DNA from: a virus
Virus record (IMG/VR): IMGVR_UViG_3300045988_053200
Location: 1 to 43,437 of that record
Length of the DNA: 43,437 bases
Reading direction: 5' to 3' (one strand)
Made by a program: the position numbers and the translations under genes. The notes under the pieces were generated by a model. The model was not told the DNA's origin and searched no databases. It saw only the letters and a list, made by a program, of their open reading frames with translations. Positions 1 through 6,540 of the stretch are shown here, one piece after another. Position 1 is the first letter of the stretch. Each line of letters opens with the position of its first letter.

Positions 1-55
1 TAAATTAGCTTTTTTGAAACATCTGTATTCCTGCTTTTCTGTATCGAAATACGTT
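1..55. repeat. Terminal direct overlap. It is identical to 43383-43437, the signature of a circular contig with a 43,382-bp unit.
   Basis: Read directly: taaattagcttttttgaaacatctgtattcctgcttttctgtatcgaaatacgtt is present at both ends of the window. Confidence 0.95.
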
Positions 56-312
56 TGTACCGTGTCGGCGGGTTTCCGGGTTCCGGTTGTTGCCGGAATG
101 GTTTCCGGGTTTGTGGTTCCGTATGCCTCACGCAATGAACCGTCTATTTTCTGAAAATAGAATTTTACAATTCGCTTTTTCATTTCGGCTTTTAGCTTCA
201 TGTTTAACCATGCACATTTTAAAGCCTCTGAAAGTTTGTAACCATTGCGTTTTACGAATTGCCACGCCAATTTGAAAATCTCACTCAATTTGTTTCTTTT
301 TTCCGAACTCAT
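1..312 (-). CDS. Early small protein. These are the first 104 codons of a 108-aa ORF that crosses the contig junction and continues 43382->43368.
   Basis: Hand translation: ATG at 312-310 and the frame stays open to base 1. Via the 55-bp overlap it continues to TAA at 43370-43368. Product: MSSEKRNKLSEIFKLAWQFVKRNGYKLSEALKCAWLNMKLKAEMKKRIVKFYFQKIDGSLREAYGTT..YFDTEKQEYRCFKKANLIRIA. It is not in the ORF track because it runs off the edge. From memory only, the C-terminal half looks like a small SH3-like (DUF2693/WYL_2-type) domain. Confidence 0.6.
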   Translation of the reverse strand, partial: MSSEKRNKLSEIFKLAWQFVKRNGYKLSEALKCAWLNMKLKAEMKKRIVKFYFQKIDGSLREAYGTTNPETIPATTGTRKPADTVQTYFDTEKQEYRCFKKANL

Positions 313-320
313 AATATTTA

Positions 321-336
321 CCGGGAAACCGCCCGG
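321..336 (-). promoter_or_regulatory. Conserved GC stem-loop H1, 8 nt upstream of the ATG at 312.
   Basis: - strand CCGA-CCGGG-CGGTTT-CCCGG, a 5-bp stem with a 6-nt loop. It belongs to the same motif family as 609-624, 818-833 and 35097-35112. Confidence 0.6.
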
Positions 337-343
337 TCGGATA

Positions 344-589
344 TTATTTAACATAAAAACTTACTCTTATACCACGGCGCAATTTACATACCAGTTTATC
401 GTCTTTCCCGGCAAATGCACGGCGAAACATTTTATTTGCCATTTCTACACCAATTAATCTTATCAGTCCGGCAACACCAACCAATTTGTTTATTTTCTTG
501 CCGTCAACTATTCCGTTAACCTTTATACGGAAATTCTGATTGATTTCTTTTGTTGTGTATGCTAAACCGTTGTAAATTGTTGTTGCCAT
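344..589 (-). CDS. Hypothetical early protein (81 aa).
   Basis: ORF in the track with an ATG start. It is tightly packed in the early operon, 10 nt after the upstream stop. No motif recognised. Confidence 0.6.
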   Translation of the reverse strand: MATTIYNGLAYTTKEINQNFRIKVNGIVDGKKINKLVGVAGLIRLIGVEMANKMFRRAFAGKDDKLVCKLRRGIRVSFYVK

Positions 590-599
590 TTTGATTTGC

Positions 600-806
600 T
601 TTAATTGTTCGGGGAAAACGCCCCGTCGGTTATTTGTTCAATATTTGGTATGCTTCTTTTATTGTATTGTTATTTGTTACTCCTAACTTTTTAAGTTTTC
701 GCATATCTTTTACAGTAAAATACAAATCTATATAACCTTTCCAATTATTGAATTCTCCAAATTGTTTTACTAACTCTAAAAAATATGTTTTTGTTTCCAT
801 ATTCAT
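600..806 (-). CDS. Hypothetical early protein (68 aa). It is absent from the supplied ORF track.
   Basis: Hand translation codon by codon: ATG 806-804 (second ATG at 800-798), no in-frame stop until TAA at 602-600. Product: MNMETKTYFLELVKQFGEFNNWKGYIDLYFTVKDMRKLKKLGVTNNNTIKRSIPNIEQITDGAFSPNN. It is the first ORF after promoter A. Confidence 0.45.
609..624 (-). promoter_or_regulatory. Conserved GC stem-loop H2, 20 nt upstream of the ATG at 589 and inside the 3' end of ORF 600-806.
   Basis: - strand CCGA-CGGGG-CGTTTT-CCCCG. Stem position 2 is G:C where H1 and H3 have C:G, a compensatory change. Confidence 0.55.
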
Positions 807-817
807 TTGAATTTATT

Positions 818-833
818 CCGGGAACCCGCCCGG
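818..833 (-). promoter_or_regulatory. Conserved GC stem-loop H3 in the 5' leader of the immediate-early operon.
   Basis: - strand CCGA-CCGGG-CGGGTT-CCCGG followed by AATAAATTCAA-ATG (806). Confidence 0.6.
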
Positions 834-840
834 TCGGTGC

Positions 841-854
841 GTTGAACTTTCAAC
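841..854. promoter_or_regulatory. Perfect 14-bp palindrome GTTGAAAGTTCAAC, either an operator candidate or a 5'-terminal RNA hairpin. Copy A.
   Basis: Read directly. It lies 4 nt downstream of the -7 box on the - strand. An identical copy is at 35120-35133. Confidence 0.6.
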
Positions 855-858
855 ACTG

Positions 859-889
859 CAAAGACACATACTTTATTTTAAATACCAAA
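859..889 (-). promoter_or_regulatory. Promoter A, Bacteroidota-type: -33 TTTG, 19-nt spacer, -7 TGTCTTTG.
   Basis: + strand caaagaca (859-866) and caaa (886-889). It lies after the tandem late terminators, in an AT-rich tract, upstream of the first early ORF. The -7 box deviates from TAnnTTTG at the first 2 nt. Confidence 0.55.
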
Positions 890-1004
890 AATATTTCTTT
901 AATTTTTTATCAGAAAAGCAAAAATTTTATTTTTGGTAGTTATTTTCCATAAATTTTTTATTTAAGTGGCTTTTGCGCACAAAACATGTAATTTATCCAT
1001 CCGG

Positions 1005-1028
1005 GAAATAAAAGCCCGCTACGGGGCT
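1005..1028 (-). terminator. Rho-independent terminator, second of a tandem pair closing the late/lysis operon.
   Basis: - strand AGCCC-CGTAGC-GGGCT followed by TTTTATTT. Confidence 0.65.
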
Positions 1029-1044
1029 AAAAATGGGCAAAACT

Positions 1045-1067
1045 AAAAAAGCCGGGGAAAACCCGGC
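1045..1067 (-). terminator. Rho-independent terminator, first of the tandem pair after the lysis cassette.
   Basis: - strand GCCGGG-TTTTC-CCCGGC followed by TTTTTT. Confidence 0.75.
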
Positions 1068-1133
1068 TTAATCCTGCAAAACAATCTTTTTTTATTTTCA
1101 ATGGATAACATATCTATTTCGATACAAAGATAC

Positions 1134-1754
1134 TCATTTTTCTAATTCTATATATTCAATTCCCATTATTTTTGTGTGGGGATTTTTACTAATTATATCA
1201 ATTTCACGATTTTTCACCTTGTTTGTTTTCCAAAGGAACCCCAAAAAACGTTTATATTGTACCGTCGCCGCAATTAAAATGCTGTCACGATTTACAAACG
1301 TCCCGGAAAACGTGCCATCCGGTGCCGTGCATCCTTTTAATGAAAACCACGGGTCGCAAATATCAACGCATTTCAAAACGGTTGTTGTCGTATCTCCGGG
1401 CAAATAAACAATGCTGTCCCGGACGGTTCCCCATAATTGGGTTATTGTTTCCATTTGCGCCGTTGTTACCGCCTCCAATTCCCGGTTCTTTGTTTGCAGG
1501 GTTTTTATTAGTTCTGCATCGCTCGCCCGGTATCTTTCAAACTCTGACAATTTCAGTTCCAAAACACCAACTTTTGCGGCGTTCAAACTATCTTTTGTTT
1601 GGTACCGGGAAACGTCCTGCAATAACGTTTCCGTGTTGGTTCTGTATTTGTCCCTTTCCCCGGTTAACTGATTAATCCGGGAACGTTGCACACATATAGT
1701 GACAACGGCGGCAACCGCCAAAGCAATTGCCGCAATTATAATATACTTTTTCAT
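1134..1754 (-). CDS. Spanin-like lysis protein: N-terminal TM anchor, coiled coil and a beta-rich C-terminus.
   Basis: MKKYIIIAAIALAVAAVVTIC anchor followed by a heptad-rich segment. It is the last gene of the lysis cassette and its start overlaps the upstream stop (ATGA). Confidence 0.5.
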   Translation of the reverse strand: MKKYIIIAAIALAVAAVVTICVQRSRINQLTGERDKYRTNTETLLQDVSRYQTKDSLNAAKVGVLELKLSEFERYRASDAELIKTLQTKNRELEAVTTAQMETITQLWGTVRDSIVYLPGDTTTTVLKCVDICDPWFSLKGCTAPDGTFSGTFVNRDSILIAATVQYKRFLGFLWKTNKVKNREIDIISKNPHTKIMGIEYIELEK

Positions 1755-2140
1755 GATTCGTTAGCTGTGTAAACTAATTGACTGCTTTCCTCCGTTGTGC
1801 TTAACGTCAAAATGTATTTGCCGCCATCAACAAATATTAATCCGTTTATTTCGTCCTCTGATACCTCAATTTGAGTAAATGCCAAAACAACCCCATCAAT
1901 GAAAACTTTCGGCGTGTTGTGCAATGGGTCTGCATTTGCCGCCGTAATGAAATTGTTTATATCCTCCTGCGGGTTGGTTACTTTCTTTGTGTTTTCGGCG
2001 TTGTCCTCAACGGTAACAACGAAAATATCATCATTCCCGTTTATTATCGCCTCCAACAACGGCGTAATACTTAACCCGGCTTCGTTTCCTTGACTTGCAA
2101 CGAACTTTTGCAAGTATTCATTTTGTTCCTGCTTTGTCAT
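1751..2140 (-). CDS. Hypothetical acidic protein (129 aa) inside the lysis cassette.
   Basis: ORF with ATGA start/stop coupling on both sides. No motif recognised. Confidence 0.6.
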   Translation of the reverse strand: MTKQEQNEYLQKFVASQGNEAGLSITPLLEAIINGNDDIFVVTVEDNAENTKKVTNPQEDINNFITAANADPLHNTPKVFIDGVVLAFTQIEVSEDEINGLIFVDGGKYILTLSTTEESSQLVYTANES

Positions 2141-2724
2141 TTCACAATCTCTTTAATGGTTAAATAATGAATTTTTGCAATACGTTCACGCCCGGCGTCG
2201 GATAACATCAAATGGCAATCCTTTTCCGTATCCATGAAAAAGTTTTCAGATAATACCGCCGGGCAAACCGTATGTTTCAGAATATAAAATTGGCTTTCTT
2301 TGTCTGGGTCGCCGTCGTAATAATCGAAACGCATTTTCCAACCGTCCGGGGCAAACTCTTTTTTCGCCTGCTTACAAAGAACGGTTGCGATTGCATCCGC
2401 TTTCGTTTGCCCTACGCTTGTATAACATTCCCACCCGGTGCCGCCTCCGGCGTTCCCGTGAATACTAAACAAAACGGCGTTATTGCCGCAATCTGCGTGG
2501 ATAACGTTTGCACGGCGGCAACGTTCGGGCAATGATACATCGATTTCCTCCGGTACCAAAATTTCAAACTTTATGCCATCGGCTTTTAACATCGCCGCAA
2601 TACGGCGTACAATGTCACGATTAAACTCCCATTCAAACAATTGGGAACCGTCCCCCCAAATGGGGGAACGCTTTCCGGGGGTCTGCGAACCATGCCCGTT
2701 GTCAAGAATTACAACTTTACTCAT
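2137..2724 (-). CDS. N-acetylmuramoyl-L-alanine amidase (Amidase_3-type endolysin).
   Basis: Motifs LDNGHGSQTPGK, FSIHGNAGGG and SENFFMD. The start was moved to ATG 2724 (MSKVVILDNGHG); the track ORF begins further upstream. Confidence 0.85.
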   Translation of the reverse strand: MSKVVILDNGHGSQTPGKRSPIWGDGSQLFEWEFNRDIVRRIAAMLKADGIKFEILVPEEIDVSLPERCRRANVIHADCGNNAVLFSIHGNAGGGTGWECYTSVGQTKADAIATVLCKQAKKEFAPDGWKMRFDYYDGDPDKESQFYILKHTVCPAVLSENFFMDTEKDCHLMLSDAGRERIAKIHYLTIKEIVK

Positions 2725-3244
2725 TTTTGTTTTCTCCTTTCTTTTTATTGTTTTTATCGGGGTCGTCCCCAAATTCTTTTTGCAATCTGTCAATTATCGG
2801 TTGCAAATGCGACGGCAAAGCCCTTGTAAACTCCAAACGGATAACATGGTAAATAATACGTAACGCCAAATTCCGGGGGTACGCAATAATCAGATTGCGG
2901 AACGCATTTTGCAAATACACGTACATAAACACATAAGTAAGCGATTTAACAACGACAATTGCCGCTTGTTCGTCGCCGCAATTTTTCATTATTACAAAAA
3001 TCGCCTCCACAATAAAAAGATACAAAAGCAATTCACACAATGCGTTTTTAAACTTTCGGAACGAAAAGTTCTTACATCGCACAATCGCCACGCCGTCCGC
3101 CCTCATTCCCGCCCAAATGTTGAACGCAAACATTACTACCAACGCATAAACAAAACCTTTTGTCGGGGTTACATACCCAAACAACGGGCTAACCGTGGAA
3201 ATGGCAATAATGCGCCATTGTTCCCAATTAAATATTTTTTCCAT
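2717..3244 (-). CDS. Multi-pass membrane protein, holin candidate.
   Basis: Several hydrophobic helices and a charged K/E/D-rich C-terminal tail, immediately upstream of the endolysin. The start was moved to ATG 3244 (MEKIFNWEQW). Confidence 0.5.
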   Translation of the reverse strand: MEKIFNWEQWRIIAISTVSPLFGYVTPTKGFVYALVVMFAFNIWAGMRADGVAIVRCKNFSFRKFKNALCELLLYLFIVEAIFVIMKNCGDEQAAIVVVKSLTYVFMYVYLQNAFRNLIIAYPRNLALRIIYHVIRLEFTRALPSHLQPIIDRLQKEFGDDPDKNNKKKGENKNE

Positions 3245-3650
3245 AATATTTAAGCCATTCAAAATAACCCATATTTTCCAAATAACAATTGTCGTTTTCT
3301 GACGCTTTAGCCTCCTTTTCAAATGATATGTCTTTGTATGCGTTCTTTAATTTGAACAATGATTTAAAAAACCATTCTAAAACATACCAAATATAAAAAG
3401 AAAACAACGGCAATATGTACCACCATGCCGAAATATCAAAAATCAATTGCAATATAAACATTATTACCCATCCGGCAAAAAACATTTCTATCCACTGCCG
3501 GGCGTGCGTACATTCATGATTGCGTACACTTTGAGGCATTTCGTTTTTGTCTTTAAATTCAGTAAAGACAAATGCCGTCAAAGTTATTGTTGAATAATTA
3601 GCCCATAATATCAAATGGGCTAATTTGCTATTATAAATTATTTTTTTCAT
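3228..3650 (-). CDS. Membrane protein with an HExxH metallopeptidase-like motif.
   Basis: HECTH at codons 45-49 (3518-3504, checked on the DNA), then two hydrophobic helices, then FEKEA, a possible third ligand. It is the first gene of the lysis cassette. Confidence 0.55.
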   Translation of the reverse strand: MKKIIYNSKLAHLILWANYSTITLTAFVFTEFKDKNEMPQSVRNHECTHARQWIEMFFAGWVIMFILQLIFDISAWWYILPLFSFYIWYVLEWFFKSLFKLKNAYKDISFEKEAKASENDNCYLENMGYFEWLKYYGKNI

Positions 3651-3658
3651 CTTCCTTT

Positions 3659-5665
3659 TTACATTACAAATTGTCTTATATATTCCCTACATACAGCCGC
3701 AAACCTTGCTGCGCCAAACGCTGTTGGGTGTATATTGTCATATCTTAATTTTTGAACCGTTTTATCAAATTCCCAATCAATTAAAGTTAAATCCAATGTT
3801 GGTGCCAATCCTACATGTTTATTTTCCGATATGGCTTTGTAATCAATAGCGCATTGACTATCTCCATTTCTTATATATGTAGGGCATAATATAATAATAC
3901 ATGTTGGCGAAATTTCTCTTATTTTATCAATATAATAATTAATTGAACCAATACTTGTTGTTCTATCTAACGAATTTATATCATCATCATGAATCCAGCG
4001 ATTTTGCCCGCCACTAATAGTCACCAACATTGTATTTTCTGTAACTGCTTCTAAATTTGCATCTGTCAAATTTGCGCTTGCACCAATACCGTATGGTATG
4101 GTTCCACTTTGACCTTTATTGATTAAAGTAAGTCCTAAAAAATATTTCGCCAATAATATTGGATAACATTCATTTGCGCTTGGCGTTACCGTTATACTAT
4201 CTCCGTATGCAACATATTCTTTTCCTTTAAAGAATGACCCTAAAATCATACTTTCCGGTTCTTCTTCTGAAGTTCCTAACGCTTCTTCATATTCTAAATC
4301 TATTGAAAAGTTATACTTGGCGCTTGTATAACGTTGTATATCTTCTTCATTTATAACATTACCATAATTTCCAATATTATACAATTTAACTCCTCCATAT
4401 TGAGCCGAACCTTTAGCATAGTTTATATTCGAACTAAAAATAACATAGCTTTTTCCATAACCTAACAAATTTAAATCTATATCGTAAAAATTTGTTCCGG
4501 TTTTCGCATCAATTGTTATTTTTTTTAATGGTATATATACCCCAAAAACCTCGTTATATGTAATTATACCAAATGATACTTTTTTTTCAGTATTTGCATA
4601 TATTTTTGCTCTTGTAAATCTTGTACTGGGTATCTCTATACCAAAAAGCCCACCTACACCAACACCCGCTTCTGTTACAAAATTCACGACAAACTTTTTG
4701 TCTGTCTGAATTAGACTTAATGTTTTTTCTATATTTGAAATGTTATTTGTTCCGGGTATTTCTTGATATTCTCTAACCATTTTAAGGTTATTAATATTTG
4801 CAGACGAACAAGCAATTCTCATATATTTAATTCCATATGGAATCAATATCTTTGTATATTGTGCAAGTCCGGTTCCACGTGTATATGAAACAACATTTTG
4901 AGATTCATCGTAAAATGCGTATGCGTCTGAATCGCCATATGTAGCAATATATAAAACGGTTAAAACATTACCTTGATATTGTTCAACATCTATAAATGAT
5001 GTTGACGCACGACCGGAAATAACAAAATCTACTCCATTTTTTATTGTTGTTCCGTCTGTTATTTGTCCCAAATTTATTTCTTCGTATGTAAATGTTTCGC
5101 CATTTCTTATATTTTCAATTGAATTTTCTGTTTGGTCTTGTAAGTCTGTTATTTGTTGTTGCTTTACAGACTCTTCCCAATATTGACTATTTTGCCAATA
5201 CGCATCTGTTATTAATGTTCCAATATATTGTTCCGTAATCCATTCAGTATTATTTTTCTTATACGTTATTTGCAATCCCGGTTTTCTGAATTTAGTTGGA
5301 ACTTGTTTTCTTGTTGTTTCTACATCTGTATTCCAATCTAAAATCATATTACCGCCGCCGGAACCAATTTCTAAAACTTGTTTACTCCATGTTCCATTCC
5401 ATTTTAAAACTCCCAATTCCCCAACATCTATTGTAAGATTTGAAAAATTGATATATGTACCCTCTCCCGCCAAATAAAAAACGTTTTGGTCGGGCGTTCC
5501 CGGATTTGTATTTGTTGCTGCTATTCCTACAAATTGATAATTAGCCCCTAAACTATTAATCATTGTAAGTAAAGCATTTTGCAAAACTTGCCCGGTAATT
5601 GCTTGCGTGCCGTTTGTTTTGATAACATTTGTAATTGCTGCTTTTAATTGTGCGTTGTCTGCCAT
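3659..5665 (-). CDS. Tail fibre / receptor-binding protein with a C-terminal SGNH (GDSL) esterase domain.
   Basis: C-terminal blocks AYGDSIT, NKGQSGT, ISGGQNRW and DNIHPT (SGNH blocks I, II, III, V). The N-terminus is MADNAQLKAAITNVIKTNGTQAITGQVLQNALLTMINSLG. It is the last structural gene. Confidence 0.7.
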   Translation of the reverse strand: MADNAQLKAAITNVIKTNGTQAITGQVLQNALLTMINSLGANYQFVGIAATNTNPGTPDQNVFYLAGEGTYINFSNLTIDVGELGVLKWNGTWSKQVLEIGSGGGNMILDWNTDVETTRKQVPTKFRKPGLQITYKKNNTEWITEQYIGTLITDAYWQNSQYWEESVKQQQITDLQDQTENSIENIRNGETFTYEEINLGQITDGTTIKNGVDFVISGRASTSFIDVEQYQGNVLTVLYIATYGDSDAYAFYDESQNVVSYTRGTGLAQYTKILIPYGIKYMRIACSSANINNLKMVREYQEIPGTNNISNIEKTLSLIQTDKKFVVNFVTEAGVGVGGLFGIEIPSTRFTRAKIYANTEKKVSFGIITYNEVFGVYIPLKKITIDAKTGTNFYDIDLNLLGYGKSYVIFSSNINYAKGSAQYGGVKLYNIGNYGNVINEEDIQRYTSAKYNFSIDLEYEEALGTSEEEPESMILGSFFKGKEYVAYGDSITVTPSANECYPILLAKYFLGLTLINKGQSGTIPYGIGASANLTDANLEAVTENTMLVTISGGQNRWIHDDDINSLDRTTSIGSINYYIDKIREISPTCIIILCPTYIRNGDSQCAIDYKAISENKHVGLAPTLDLTLIDWEFDKTVQKLRYDNIHPTAFGAARFAAVCREYIRQFVM

Positions 5666-5676
5666 AAATTAATACT

Positions 5677-6540
5677 TTAATTGGTTTTAAAATCATTATT
5701 AAAATCGTCGTTAAAATCTCCCTTATTTTCAAACAAATATCCACGTCCTATTTTCTTTACTACGGTATTTGTTTTAAACTCAATTTCCACGCTTGCCAAA
5801 TCCCCCTGCGTTTGCCATTTCGGGGTAATTAAAAACGTATCGCAATCGTATTCCCTGCCGTACTTGTCAGTTATATGTATGTAATCAGCCATACGAATAA
5901 AACGCATAACGTCGCAAAGGAACTCCGGTGCCAATATCGTACATTTAAACGTTTTGACTGATATTTGTTTTTCCGGAAAAAAATACCCGTCCCGTTCTTC
6001 GCCGTCCTCTTCAAATTCATAATCCGGCTTTCCCAACTCGGTACAAAGGTACAACGTATTTTTGAAATCTGGGTTTTTATATACTATTTGCCCGGCGTCA
6101 AATACCAAATTTTCAATATCCCACCATTCAATTTTAAGGTACCCGGAAACATCTTGTACAACGGTAAACATCTCTGAATACCACGTTTGCACGCCATCCG
6201 ATAACGTCATATAATATATTCCGTCCAACTGATTTAATGGCATGGGTAAAACTGACGGGTATAATATCACGTCATAACCCAACGTTTGAAACCGGACAAT
6301 TTGCAATCCGGTTTCTTTCATATATGTTGTTATGTTTGCAATTTGTTTTCCGGTCTTATCATATAATATAACCGACAAAACATCATTTTTTCTTGTATCT
6401 CTAATAATCTGAAATGGTAATAATCTATCAGCCGGGGCAAATAACGGATAAATTGCACCGTATGCGTAACTTTTACGGTGGTTCTGCTCGCTTATTGTCG
6501 TGTACCACGGCAAAACGCTTGTATTGTTATTCTGTATCAT
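5677..6540 (-). CDS. Tail tip / baseplate protein (putative).
   Basis: Called from its position between the 729-aa tail protein and the fibre. No motif recognised. Confidence 0.45.
   Translation of the reverse strand: MIQNNNTSVLPWYTTISEQNHRKSYAYGAIYPLFAPADRLLPFQIIRDTRKNDVLSVILYDKTGKQIANITTYMKETGLQIVRFQTLGYDVILYPSVLPMPLNQLDGIYYMTLSDGVQTWYSEMFTVVQDVSGYLKIEWWDIENLVFDAGQIVYKNPDFKNTLYLCTELGKPDYEFEEDGEERDGYFFPEKQISVKTFKCTILAPEFLCDVMRFIRMADYIHITDKYGREYDCDTFLITPKWQTQGDLASVEIEFKTNTVVKKIGRGYLFENKGDFNDDFNNDFKTN

Noticed and set aside
41-53. The 11-12-nt inverted match TATTTCGATAC between 41-53 and 1114-1125.
   Set aside because: Matches of this length are expected by chance hundreds of times in a 43-kb genome when both strands are compared. 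There is no supporting context.
1-55. The 55-bp identical ends could be a biological direct terminal repeat or cos region.
   Set aside because: An exact overlap of this size is what assemblers leave on circular contigs, and an ORF reads straight through it. True termini cannot be inferred from sequence alone, so I treat it as an assembly signature until read-coverage analysis says otherwise.
69-111. A CCGG-rich stretch with the 12-mer GGTTTCCGGGTT repeated 30 bp apart. At first it looked like iterons, an origin or a pac site in a non-coding region at the contig ends.
   Set aside because: Hand translation shows the stretch lies inside the junction-spanning 108-aa ORF (312->1, then 43382->43368). 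The repeat is read in two different frames and can be explained as coding sequence. I have no independent support for an origin or pac role.
1125-1132. An exact TAnnTTTG box (TATCTTTG) right after the spanin-like gene stop and about 60 nt upstream of the tandem terminators. It could be a promoter for a tiny RNA.
   Set aside because: There is no reasonably spaced -33 element, and the octamer alone is expected by chance several times in 43 kb. I kept only the better-supported analogous case at 39143-39174.
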